A stretch of DNA of 36,426 bases. It comes from a virus (lineage: Duplodnaviria; Caudoviricetes). The notes beneath the pieces are model-generated. The model made no database searches. It saw only the letters and a list, made by a program, of their open reading frames with translations, and had not been told where the DNA came from. Location of the stretch: the IMG/VR virus record IMGVR_UViG_3300048861_000249, positions 1 to 36,426 of that record; one strand, 5' to 3'. The translations under genes were made by a program, and so were the position numbers. Below, in pieces: positions 1 to 8,888 of this stretch (positions are counted from its first letter, which is position 1; each line of letters begins with the position of its first letter).

Positions 1-1893
1 GCTTGCGCGCAGAACTACAAACTCTCCAATCAATACTCGCTCAACGACGACAAGATGATAGGCGTCACTCAGAACGAAACACTTTTCACAATTGGTCAAG
101 ACGCATCGCCTGGCATAAATGGCGTGTTGGACAGTTGGACATTGAACAACAACAACACGACTTCGCACTCCAACAATTGGTTTTGCTGCCAAACCACCAC
201 GATGCAAACAGGAGCTGTTAGTGCTAGCGGATCGGCTTTCTTTACGGGCTACAACTACGGATCCGGAATTAATCAGCTTTACACATTGCAGGGGGCTCCA
301 TATGGATCAAATATCTACCTCCCTCAATATCCGGTTCCCGCCAGTCAGTACTACGTCAGAGCAAGCAGTTTCGACGGGAAATCTATATATGGAATAACCA
401 CCTCGGGAGATGTCTGGGCGTCCGCATCTGGCTCGTCGCCCGTCATTACCCAAATCCTTCTCTCCTCTGCGAATGTCATCGACATCGAGGCCGGCCCGAA
501 CGGCTCAGTTTACATTCTTATTGCTATTCCAAATTCATCTCAATCACAGATGGTCATCGGTACCCCGGCCGGCACAACGTACAACCTTACGAGCGCAACA
601 CTAAATCGGCATTTCAATACGTTCACCGTCGATGCAAACGGAGACATCTTCGCCAGCGATAACAACAATGTATGGGAGCTCGTCCCTTCTGGGTCGACAT
701 ACGCCGAATACATCATTGTCGCTAACCTCAGCGCTTATAAACTTGGGGTCGCTTCAAATGGAAACCTCATCGTAGGAACGGGCGGCGGAAACAATAACAT
801 CGTGTATAAGTTTTCACCCTTGCCATCTCGCAATGACAATTCAATGACAAAAGGTCTAAATGTCCCGGTGAATAGCCAGGAGCTAGATTATCTAGGATCA
901 GATAGTCACATCCACCAGATCTACAACAATGGAGCGCTAGGCAGTGGTGATCTGACGGTCGCAGCGAATGCCCCGGCACCCGCTATCGGAAGCTCGATTT
1001 TCAGCCACTTCGATACTTCAACGAGTCATCAAGAAGTAAGTTATGCAGGTTCGGACCAACACGTTCATCAACTCTATTACGATAGCTCTGCATGGCATCA
1101 TTTCGATCTAACCGCCAACTACGGTGGAACACTCATTGCGAGCGGGAGTCCCATAATCGCGGGAGATGATCCATTAGGGCCCACTTCGGAAGTGGATTAT
1201 ATCGCTACAGATTCACATATCCACTCGTACTGGTATTCCTCCAACACTTGGCATACCGCCGATCTCACAGCGATTACCTCAGCCCCAAATGCCGCCATCA
1301 ACAGCAAGCTAGCGATGACCTTCAATACAATTTCTCAGCATTTTGAGATCGATTACCTTGGACAAGATGCGCACGTTCATCAGCTGTGGTACGACGCGAC
1401 TGGATGGCATACTTCCGATCTGACGTCGGTCACCGGAGCCCCTCTGGCTGCAGGTGGGAGTTCTCTGCAGCCGCAAATAACATACTTAGGTAATGATCAA
1501 CACATCCATCAAATTTGGTTTGATGGCAACTGGCATCATACCGATCTGACGACGGTCGCAGGAGCAGCTCTGGCACAACTGGGGTCTGCACTCGCGATCG
1601 ATCAGTCTCCTGGCAGCATTGATTATGAAATTAGCTATGTTGGGACCGATCAGCATCTACATGTCCTGTATTACCAGAACAGCGCTTGGAACACTGCCGA
1701 TCTCACATCTATAACAAACTCTCCACTCATCGCCCCCAACTCGCCGGTTACCGCAGGCTACGACACGATCGCAAGTCAACCTGAGATCGAGTATGTGGGT
1801 CTCGATCAACATATCTACCAACTGCATTATGGTTCACAGGGATGGCAATATCGCGATCTCACCTCGCTCACTGGAGCCACTCCCGTTCAATAG
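1..1893 (+). CDS. Probably secreted protein with a C-terminal 7-repeat beta-propeller resembling fucose-binding AAL/RSL/PLL-type lectins; 5'-truncated
   Basis: The frame is open from base 1 (ACAQNYKLS..., resembling an AxA/Q signal-peptide cleavage site). Seven repeats of Y.G.D.H(I/V/L)H.(L/I)(W/Y)....W...DLT follow an N-terminal NHL-like beta-rich region. Confidence 0.7.
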   Translation, partial: ACAQNYKLSNQYSLNDDKMIGVTQNETLFTIGQDASPGINGVLDSWTLNNNNTTSHSNNWFCCQTTTMQTGAVSASGSAFFTGYNYGSGINQLYTLQGAPYGSNIYLPQYPVPASQYYVRASSFDGKSIYGITTSGDVWASASGSSPVITQILLSSANVIDIEAGPNGSVYILIAIPNSSQSQMVIGTPAGTTYNLTSATLNRHFNTFTVDANGDIFASDNNNVWELVPSGSTYAEYIIVANLSAYKLGVASNGNLIVGTGGGNNNIVYKFSPLPSRNDNSMTKGLNVPVNSQELDYLGSDSHIHQIYNNGALGSGDLTVAANAPAPAIGSSIFSHFDTSTSHQEVSYAGSDQHVHQLYYDSSAWHHFDLTANYGGTLIASGSPIIAGDDPLGPTSEVDYIATDSHIHSYWYSSNTWHTADLTAITSAPNAAINSKLAMTFNTISQHFEIDYLGQDAHVHQLWYDATGWHTSDLTSVTGAPLAAGGSSLQPQITYLGNDQHIHQIWFDGNWHHTDLTTVAGAALAQLGSALAIDQSPGSIDYEISYVGTDQHLHVLYYQNSAWNTADLTSITNSPLIAPNSPVTAGYDTIASQPEIEYVGLDQHIYQLHYGSQGWQYRDLTSLTGATPVQ

Positions 1894-1900
1894 TGGTCAT

Positions 1901-1938
1901 GGCGAAGGACCGGAGCTCTGAATCTCTAGTCCTTCGCC
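1901..1938. terminator. Strong hairpin between convergent genes (probable terminator)
   Basis: GGCGAAGGAC (1901-1910) and GTCCTTCGCC (1929-1938) form a perfect 10-bp inverted repeat. No clear U-tract. Confidence 0.55.
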
Positions 1939-2498
1939 GATCCATAGATTCCCACGTCTCCCAGTAGCTGAGAGCTAATTTGCGTGGTCTCATGACGGAA
2001 TAAGCTTTGAAAGAGAAGGCATCGTTCGGCCGAATCCTTCACGCGTTCATTGACGAGCTTTGTGAATGAGGCCAAATCTGTTTTCATGAGAGCGGCTTCA
2101 TCACGATTGATCTTCGCGACGATCGGGTGGTGGGGTACCCGCTTGTAATAGCCCAACTGTTCTTCCCTGGTCAACGTGGCTTTCCATGCGTCGTAAGCGT
2201 CCTTCGACAGCTTCCCGGCCTTATACATCTTCGGGTAGTGGATCGTCGGGTCTGTGCAGAGATGGGCGTGTACCTCAATCTCGGTCCATTCGCCTTTAGG
2301 ATAGGTGTCGCAGTTGCAGAGCGGGCACTTTACGGTTCCGTCCTCGTCCTGAAGCCCAGCTTTCGCTGCCAGCTCCGCGGAGATGGCCCCGGGACACTCC
2401 TTCTCGGTGCAGTGGTGAAGGTTCGGATGCTTATGGATGTTCAACCGCGGCGAGTGGAAGCAATAGTGGTCGAGCGCGTCCAGTAGGGTCTTCGCCAT
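1926..2498 (-). CDS. Hypothetical Cys/His-rich phage protein at the end of the tail operon
   Basis: 190 aa with CTEKEC and CPLC pairs and many His residues. Its start is coupled to the upstream stop (TAATG at 2496-2500). Confidence 0.75.
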   Translation of the reverse strand: MAKTLLDALDHYCFHSPRLNIHKHPNLHHCTEKECPGAISAELAAKAGLQDEDGTVKCPLCNCDTYPKGEWTEIEVHAHLCTDPTIHYPKMYKAGKLSKDAYDAWKATLTREEQLGYYKRVPHHPIVAKINRDEAALMKTDLASFTKLVNERVKDSAERCLLFQSLFRHETTQISSQLLGDVGIYGSAKD

Positions 2499-2779
2499 TA
2501 CGCACCGCCTTTCTTGACGATCGTCCCGGACGTCGCGTCATACGTGAAATTGCTAGCACCACCAGCGATCAGGGTGTTGTATTCGTCTTCTGAGATCTCG
2601 TCCGGATCCGCCAGAGGCTGACCGAATGGAGATAGCAGGTTTCCTTCGGCGTCTTTTAGCGGGTTTCCAGACGCGTCTTTGACGAAAATCCGATTGATCG
2701 TCGGGACAATCGTGGCGTTGGGATCGGCGCACACATGGCAGATATTTCCAGCAGTATCGTGTTCGATGAAGTAGATCAT
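2498..2779 (-). CDS. Small phage tail-associated hypothetical protein (possible fibre assembly chaperone)
   Basis: Start revised to the ATG at 2779 (MIYFIEHDTAGNICHV...), which overlaps the upstream TAA; 93 aa. Function inferred from position only. Confidence 0.7.
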   Translation of the reverse strand: MIYFIEHDTAGNICHVCADPNATIVPTINRIFVKDASGNPLKDAEGNLLSPFGQPLADPDEISEDEYNTLIAGGASNFTYDATSGTIVKKGGA

Positions 2780-3276
2780 TAGAACCACCTGTAATTGACG
2801 TTGGGAGAGTTGGGCCCCGGGCACACATGGCCAGGAGATCGATCGAGATCTTGGTTGCGGATGCCGAATTGGCCGGTCGTGAGATTGACGATCTTCTTCG
2901 ACGTGAACATGTAGTCAGGCGACGGCACATCGCAATGGGCAGGAATCGTCGGGCCTCCCCCTGGAGGGATCGAAGATGGCACCCAGTCAATCTCCTGCAT
3001 CGGCCAATCCGTTTCCAGTTGAACGGTGGGAACACGCCCCGCGAGAGTATCGATATTTACAACATTTCCAGGCATGACCGTCACAGAGCCTGTTACCGGC
3101 ACGAACGAATCTGAATTCGCTCGCTGATTGCTCACCAGTCCGTTGCTATCGATCACCGCGACACCTGCGATCGTCACCTGAGAGACAGGCGTCCCATCTC
3201 CAAAGCAGATCAGTCCACTGTTGGAGATACTCAAAAGCACCACGTGCGCCGTTTCGTCCGCGAGTACCAGGGCCAT
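2779..3276 (-). CDS. Tail-tip/fibre-associated protein, paralog C
   Basis: 165 aa, beta-rich. The N-terminus MALVLADETAHVVLLSISNSGLICFG resembles the two adjacent ORFs. Confidence 0.75.
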   Translation of the reverse strand: MALVLADETAHVVLLSISNSGLICFGDGTPVSQVTIAGVAVIDSNGLVSNQRANSDSFVPVTGSVTVMPGNVVNIDTLAGRVPTVQLETDWPMQEIDWVPSSIPPGGGPTIPAHCDVPSPDYMFTSKKIVNLTTGQFGIRNQDLDRSPGHVCPGPNSPNVNYRWF

Positions 3277-3277
3277 A

Positions 3278-3637
3278 TCAGAACACCGAATAGTTGAAGG
3301 TTTGGGTTATGCCGGAGTTTCGTTCCGGGAAGGCAGCATCCATCTGATTGCCGCTGATCCGGAGGATGAACGCTCCGGGCATCGAACCGAATCCGACTAC
3401 GTTGCGCGCCAAAGTGACAGTGGTAATTTCTTGCGACGTCAGCACCACCGAGCCCGTCACGCGGTTCACTCCAGCGGATGGCACAGAGCCCGTTGTCAGG
3501 CCAAAGCCGTCGAAGACCCGACGTATCGCGGCCTGTAGGCCTGTATCGGGAGTGGCTGAACCCAATGAGAAGCCACCAGCGTTGGAGGATGCCATCACCT
3601 GCGTGTTCGATGTCGAGTCTGTGAATGAAAATCCCAT
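3278..3637 (-). CDS. Tail-tip/fibre-associated protein, paralog B
   Basis: 119 aa, tightly packed in the operon. N-terminus MGFSFTDSTSNTQVMASSNAGGFSLG. Confidence 0.75.
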   Translation of the reverse strand: MGFSFTDSTSNTQVMASSNAGGFSLGSATPDTGLQAAIRRVFDGFGLTTGSVPSAGVNRVTGSVVLTSQEITTVTLARNVVGFGSMPGAFILRISGNQMDAAFPERNSGITQTFNYSVF

Positions 3638-3640
3638 GAG

Positions 3641-3997
3641 TCACCAGATGTTGTAAGGAACCGTCAGCGTCGAAGTGGTGCTCGAATTGTTCCAAGTGGT
3701 TTCTGTGGTCGTTACCGTGGCTGGGGCAGTCGGTGACGTAACCGATGGAGGTTGAGGAACTCCATAGAACACCCCAGAAGAGCCAGAGATAGGAATCACG
3801 ATCGTCCCTGCCAGAGGCGACGAGCTCCCCGCCGGTGCAGCTCCAGCCGAGATCCATGCGTCATTGGAGATCACACCAACACCGGCGAAGCTCAAAGCCT
3901 GTCCGGCGTTTGCGCTGCCCATGATGCCGACCTGTCCCGCATTGTCGAAGTACAGGACGTCTACAGCAGCGGTCTCGTCTCTGAGGATCAGGGGCAT
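3641..3997 (-). CDS. Tail-tip/fibre-associated protein, paralog A
   Basis: 118 aa, directly after the gpJ-like gene. N-terminus MPLILRDETAAVDVLYFDNAGQVGIMG; Thr/Pro-rich C-terminal part. Confidence 0.75.
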   Translation of the reverse strand: MPLILRDETAAVDVLYFDNAGQVGIMGSANAGQALSFAGVGVISNDAWISAGAAPAGSSSPLAGTIVIPISGSSGVFYGVPQPPSVTSPTAPATVTTTETTWNNSSTTSTLTVPYNIW

Positions 3998-3999
3998 AT

Positions 4000-6900
4000 T
4001 TAGAGAGAAGTAAGTGAGTAAGCTCGAGAGCCAGAGTTGATGTAGACACGATTCCCGGCAGGGATCACGGAGGCCACGGTTCCTGCTGGGGTTGAGCCGA
4101 CGTTGTTCGTATTGTTAGAGGTGTTCTGTCCCGTGATGTCGGCTCCCCATTGGGCCGCTGCACTGTAATCCTGCACTCCAACATGGCTGAACTCAGCTGT
4201 TGCTGTGCCGAGTTGATAAAGAGCGATTGATGCGTAGCTAGCATTGTTTCCGTCTTTTGGGCATGTCCAGTCGTACGTGTAGATCGTCCAAGCGTTATTC
4301 ATGTCCCCAGCAGCAAGGAAATCCTGGTATCCCAGAAATACACCTGTAGAACCGTCGCTGAGGTTAGGGACATAACCATTTCCCCAGAAGATTCGATGGT
4401 AGAGTAGTCTCGTTCCATCAACCGCCATCGCACCCCTGATTGTGATCCGGTATTTGTTACCCATCTGCACAGCGAACGTGGGAGAGAAAGCATGGCCTGG
4501 GGGAAGCACTAGGCTTTTGTCTGGACCATAATAGTATGCCGAGTCAGTTTGCCATCCATCTAAGTTTCCTAGGATGAAGTCGCCGTTCGGGACAAGGTTG
4601 TTACTGGCTCCGGTATAGGCCAAGGCTTGCTCCGAGGTCTTATCCGCACCGTTCGCAACAGACTTATTGTTGCTATTGACGTTATTTGAATAGGCGCTCG
4701 CAGCTCCCTGAAAGTTCACAGCTCGAACTCGGTACCAGCGGACAATTCCATCCGTCACACCGTCGGTGTATGAAGTGGCCTTCACGTTAGCGATGTTCGC
4801 CCAAGCGGAAGTGTTGGGGGATCCGCTGGCATCTTCCGTGCGTTGCACGTCATAGGTGACGTCTGCTGGCTGTTTGCCAGGCAGAGACCAGTTGAGGTGT
4901 ACCCCATCTGCCACCGAGAGAGCGGCCAAGGCAAACGGGCCAAGAGGAGCCACATTTGCATCAGCCACAACATGCGTCTGCTGTACCCAGATGCTGGCCG
5001 CGCCATTCATACCTACGGCACGCGCCTCAATCTGATAGGTGAGTCCTCTCTGCACTCCAGTGATCTGCGCTTGGTCTCCCGGGTACGCCGAGATAGTCGT
5101 CCAACTCCCGACCGTATCAGCCCGTCGATACCGGATGTCGATATGGTCAACCGATTGTTTTCCCCACCAGTTACCGACCACTTGAACCACAATCACAGGA
5201 CTTCCGTTTCCAGCATCATTCGGGTTACTGAGGAGCTGAGAGGAATCCACCAGCAGGAGGTCCGGAGGATTAGGAGCGTCCAGCCATGGCTGCCCTGTAA
5301 TCTGCGAGACCCATCCCGGAGGCGTCCCGCTGTCGGCATCTAGGACCGAGAAAGCAGCATCGACCGCAGTTATCTTCGCGCTGAGATCTGGACCCGGCTC
5401 AATCTTGGTGATGATGAGCGGAATTGAATCGTTCTCCCAGACACCAAACAGAACAAGATCGCCAGGCAGAATGTCAGTTGGTGGAGTCGTCAGATTCAGC
5501 GCTGTCGTCTCGACACCGTAAGCATCGGGAGTGACCTGCGTAAGGACTACACCACCATCTTGTTGCCGGATCCGGACACCATACTGTGTACCCGAAGTGA
5601 GCGTAACCTTCTCATCCAAGACGATTCGAGAGACAGGTGACAACGGCGCATCCGGATCTAGGAGGGTAATCTCTTTGATACGGCCTTGCGCAAGGCCAGC
5701 CCCGATCACGTCATTGGCGAATCCGACGAGGTCACCGCGGCCGCAGACCAGATTCTCGACGTCCGCATTCCAAGAATATGTGTTTTGCCGCAAGCGAGAG
5801 ACGGCCAGATGATACCGACCAAGTCTCCATGCTGCATCGGCGTTTGTACAACCAGAGATCGTCATTTGCTCGAAAAGGGTTGCGAGCGTTAGAGACGGAT
5901 TGAGAAGCACCATCTCGTTATCCCCGTAACCGTCGTCATAGACGATCCGCTCGTCCTGCTGGAAGTTGGCTTCCTCGTTGATGAACTGGACGCGGAGCGC
6001 GTGCACCTGATCTGGGAAAGCCCTGTTCCCCCCAAATCCAGATGAATTTCGCGGCGTGAACATCTGTACCGGGAATGCCTGGTTTACGTCCCGAATGACA
6101 CCATACTGCCCATTTCTGATATTGAAGCTTGCTCGCCCGGCGGCGGCGATATCCTTCAACATCGCGTAAAGCGTTGTCGGCTGGTCGAAGCTATTGGAGT
6201 AGCAGAACTCTTTCTCGTCACATTCAGCAGACCAATCGATGATTGCATCGTCGTCAACGTTGGTGACCTTACGAGGATTCGCCGGGCATTCCTTTAGGAG
6301 CCAACGGAACACGAAGGCGGGATTATTGCTGAACTGAGTTACCCAGGTGTGTGTGTCGGGATGCCATACGCTGACGGGCTGGGAAACGATGCAGTTGAAC
6401 TGATCGATATTGCCGCTCAGCTGATCAGTCGCCTTGATGCGGAGAGCGATCTTCTTCGTGCCTGTCGTTGAGACGGTGTTGTAGCGAATGCTCCGGATTA
6501 CGGTCCAGGTTAGATCGCCAACCCGGGCGGAAGCGCTCGCCGAACCCCAATCTGTTGAGACTCGTGTGACCCGAACATCATATTGGCCATTGGTCACCGT
6601 CCACCGTACACCTACGCGCACAGCCTTGCGCTCGCCGTTGTCCACCGTGAACGTGCCGTCATTCTGGGCGCGGCCTGCCGGCGTGCTGATTGTGATATTC
6701 GGCGTCGCAGGCGTCAGCGATGTCCAGGATCCGACACCCGTAGGGCTGTATTCGATCCTCAGAGTGCTGCGCACTCCAACCGTGTTGCCATTGTCATCTA
6801 CGCCGAAGAGGCCTGATCCATAAGCGAGATCAATCGACAGCTCGTCGGTATTCGCTGAGCTCGTACGCGTCGCGGTATTTCCATCAGTGTTGAGAGCATC

Positions 6901-7656
6901 GCCAGCCACAGTCTCAGTCACATCCTGAGAGAACAGCGTCGGATTCGTGCCGATCTCAGTCTGAACATCGGTGTAGCTGGCAAGATCGGTGTCGCCGATC
7001 CTCATTTCTGAAGGTTCAGGGTCACCGTAGCCGAGATCGAATAGGCACCGCAGATACTGATCATCCCCGCTCAGCTCGGTATAGGGCAGAGCTGCATATG
7101 GGGGATAAAACTTCACAGTCCCGACGATGCACGGAATAGAGCCGTACCGGTTGACCTGATTGGAAGTACCTGTGATTCCCTTAAGGAGATTCGTGCTACT
7201 CGAATCCGCGGCACCCGCCACCGATGGATTTTGCGGAGGAATTAGAGCATTGATGACGAGGGAGCCAACGAGACCTATGCCTGCAGCTAAGAGCCCTGCC
7301 GTGGTCGTCGTTAGCGTTGCACCGCCGAGGAAAGCGGGCAAAGCTGCTCCAGCCAGTCCAGCGGTAAAGGCAACACCCACAGCTAACGCGGCGAAGGCGA
7401 TAATTCTCAGAACACTTTTGAAGCCTCCTCCACCCTCGGGGAACCGCGTAATGACGACTGCTACCCCAGGCCTCGGTCGCAACCGCGACCACCACTCCTC
7501 CGGGATTGTCATCCCCCCTATCTCAACTCGGCAGCTTCGCGCCTCTGGCCCTAAGATTTCGGCGATCGACAGACCGGCCGGAAATTCAGCATGCACCACT
7601 TCCATCGACATCGGGTTGGGGCGGGCATGGACAGGAATCATAAGCTCAGCCGACAT
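4000..7656 (-). CDS. Tail tip / host-specificity protein (lambda gpI-like N-terminus fused to a gpJ-like body, with FN3-like and CBM-like C-terminal domains)
   Basis: 1218 aa. Features include a hydrophobic GGGGFKSVLRIIAFAALAVG segment, YGSIPCIVG, SNNPAFV, FN3-like signatures (LTYQIEARAVG, WYRVRAVN) and the NLVPNGDF carbohydrate-binding-module-like start. Confidence 0.9.
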   Translation of the reverse strand: MSAELMIPVHARPNPMSMEVVHAEFPAGLSIAEILGPEARSCRVEIGGMTIPEEWWSRLRPRPGVAVVITRFPEGGGGFKSVLRIIAFAALAVGVAFTAGLAGAALPAFLGGATLTTTTAGLLAAGIGLVGSLVINALIPPQNPSVAGAADSSSTNLLKGITGTSNQVNRYGSIPCIVGTVKFYPPYAALPYTELSGDDQYLRCLFDLGYGDPEPSEMRIGDTDLASYTDVQTEIGTNPTLFSQDVTETVAGDALNTDGNTATRTSSANTDELSIDLAYGSGLFGVDDNGNTVGVRSTLRIEYSPTGVGSWTSLTPATPNITISTPAGRAQNDGTFTVDNGERKAVRVGVRWTVTNGQYDVRVTRVSTDWGSASASARVGDLTWTVIRSIRYNTVSTTGTKKIALRIKATDQLSGNIDQFNCIVSQPVSVWHPDTHTWVTQFSNNPAFVFRWLLKECPANPRKVTNVDDDAIIDWSAECDEKEFCYSNSFDQPTTLYAMLKDIAAAGRASFNIRNGQYGVIRDVNQAFPVQMFTPRNSSGFGGNRAFPDQVHALRVQFINEEANFQQDERIVYDDGYGDNEMVLLNPSLTLATLFEQMTISGCTNADAAWRLGRYHLAVSRLRQNTYSWNADVENLVCGRGDLVGFANDVIGAGLAQGRIKEITLLDPDAPLSPVSRIVLDEKVTLTSGTQYGVRIRQQDGGVVLTQVTPDAYGVETTALNLTTPPTDILPGDLVLFGVWENDSIPLIITKIEPGPDLSAKITAVDAAFSVLDADSGTPPGWVSQITGQPWLDAPNPPDLLLVDSSQLLSNPNDAGNGSPVIVVQVVGNWWGKQSVDHIDIRYRRADTVGSWTTISAYPGDQAQITGVQRGLTYQIEARAVGMNGAASIWVQQTHVVADANVAPLGPFALAALSVADGVHLNWSLPGKQPADVTYDVQRTEDASGSPNTSAWANIANVKATSYTDGVTDGIVRWYRVRAVNFQGAASAYSNNVNSNNKSVANGADKTSEQALAYTGASNNLVPNGDFILGNLDGWQTDSAYYYGPDKSLVLPPGHAFSPTFAVQMGNKYRITIRGAMAVDGTRLLYHRIFWGNGYVPNLSDGSTGVFLGYQDFLAAGDMNNAWTIYTYDWTCPKDGNNASYASIALYQLGTATAEFSHVGVQDYSAAAQWGADITGQNTSNNTNNVGSTPAGTVASVIPAGNRVYINSGSRAYSLTSL

Positions 7657-8056
7657 GTTGATAGAACCCCTCTATCCTTTTGCTCCAAACAGCGGAGTCG
7701 AGTCGCTCCACGCAGGTATTCACACCCTCGAGAGTGTGCAGCATAAGGCGATCGCTGATCGCCAGGCCGCAGTGCCAAGGACGCCCAGCCACGCGAAGAA
7801 TGACGAGTACCCCGGATGCCGGTGACGTGACTTGATGCCACCCTAAGGCGAGGCCGGCAGAAACCGCCGAAGACACGCTATTGCGATCACCAGCGGACGT
7901 GTAGCGATCGGCATAGTCAGGCAGGGACGTGATACCGAATTCCTGTTGGAGAACGTAGCGCACCAGTCCCCAGCAATCGAAGCTGGACGGTCCTCGTCCC
8001 TTGTCCGCATAGGGCAAGCCAATGTACTTCGCGCACCATGCCAGCTGATCGCTCAT
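7646..8056 (-). CDS. NlpC/P60 family tail assembly protein (gpK-like)
   Basis: YIGLPY..GR....FDCWGLV with later HCG and MLH catalytic motifs. Confidence 0.92.
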   Translation of the reverse strand: MSDQLAWCAKYIGLPYADKGRGPSSFDCWGLVRYVLQQEFGITSLPDYADRYTSAGDRNSVSSAVSAGLALGWHQVTSPASGVLVILRVAGRPWHCGLAISDRLMLHTLEGVNTCVERLDSAVWSKRIEGFYQHVG

Positions 8057-8529
8057 ACGAACAACCCCGGCGAATTGGTCGGTGTGTAGGTACCTGACGG
8101 GAAGCCGGTATTCAGTATGTCATCGTCTAGGCCTATCGTCGCGTTGATCGTTCCATCGTCATAATCGATGGACAAGATCTTGAAATTATCTGGACCGGCA
8201 CAAAGAGTATCCGGCTCCGAGGCCGTCACCACTTCAATCAAGACATTCGGCCGAGCACCTGGCGGAAGGGTCCGGATGGCAAGCAGAATCTTGTTGTCGA
8301 CATTGTCGATCGCCATCTGCACCTGAGGCACAGCGTCTTCGCTCTCATTGGGGAGGTTGAGCGTAAAGGCGAATGGTTCGAAGGTGCCTGCTGCGCGCAC
8401 CAGCGGCTGAGTATTCGCCACCAGGCGATAAGATTCCGCAAAGCTAGGATGAGAGATCGTTAGACACATCAGGAAGACTTCAGAAGTCTCCTGAGCGAGC
8501 ATGGCGCGCAACTGGTTCTGGCTGATCAA
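8053..8529 (-). CDS. Minor tail protein, DUF1833-like (gpL position)
   Basis: LTISHP...RLV.N, F.L.LP, IDNV and a C-terminal YTP..SPGLF; syntenic position. Confidence 0.85.
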   Translation of the reverse strand: MISQNQLRAMLAQETSEVFLMCLTISHPSFAESYRLVANTQPLVRAAGTFEPFAFTLNLPNESEDAVPQVQMAIDNVDNKILLAIRTLPPGARPNVLIEVVTASEPDTLCAGPDNFKILSIDYDDGTINATIGLDDDILNTGFPSGTYTPTNSPGLFV

Positions 8530-8888
8530 GGCAACATCTCCAGTTCCATGGAGACCGTCCAGAGGTCATTGGCGAACCGCTTCAGCTTCACGCTCGACCA
8601 TCCTTCTTTGAATCGGAAGCTAGCCGGGGTTCCGTTATAAGGATTCGTCCAGTTGAATGGGTCAACTTCGCCCAGCGTGTTCTGGACGAAATCCTGCAAA
8701 ATTGCGAGCTCTGACTTGCTCAGCTCGAGTTGTGCAGTCACATCGGCGGAAATCGCGGTAAAGCGGCGTCTAACCTTCGCCGGGCCCGTCGTCATATCCG
8801 TGCGAATGACATTGGACTGCCCCTGATATGTTGGGCCGTCTTCTGTATAAACCTGCTGCGGAAGGTTGGAAGGCCAATTAGCTGCCAC
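8526..8888 (-). CDS. Distal tail protein (gpM-like)
   Basis: WPSNLP...IRTDM.TGP.KVRRRFT...F.W..P motif; lies directly after the tape measure gene. Confidence 0.85.
   Translation of the reverse strand: MAANWPSNLPQQVYTEDGPTYQGQSNVIRTDMTTGPAKVRRRFTAISADVTAQLELSKSELAILQDFVQNTLGEVDPFNWTNPYNGTPASFRFKEGWSSVKLKRFANDLWTVSMELEMLP

Noticed and set aside
2779-7656. Diversity-generating retroelement or invertible tail cassette
   Set aside because: No reverse transcriptase, invertase, TR/VR pair or flanking inverted repeats were seen; the paralog similarity is at protein level only.
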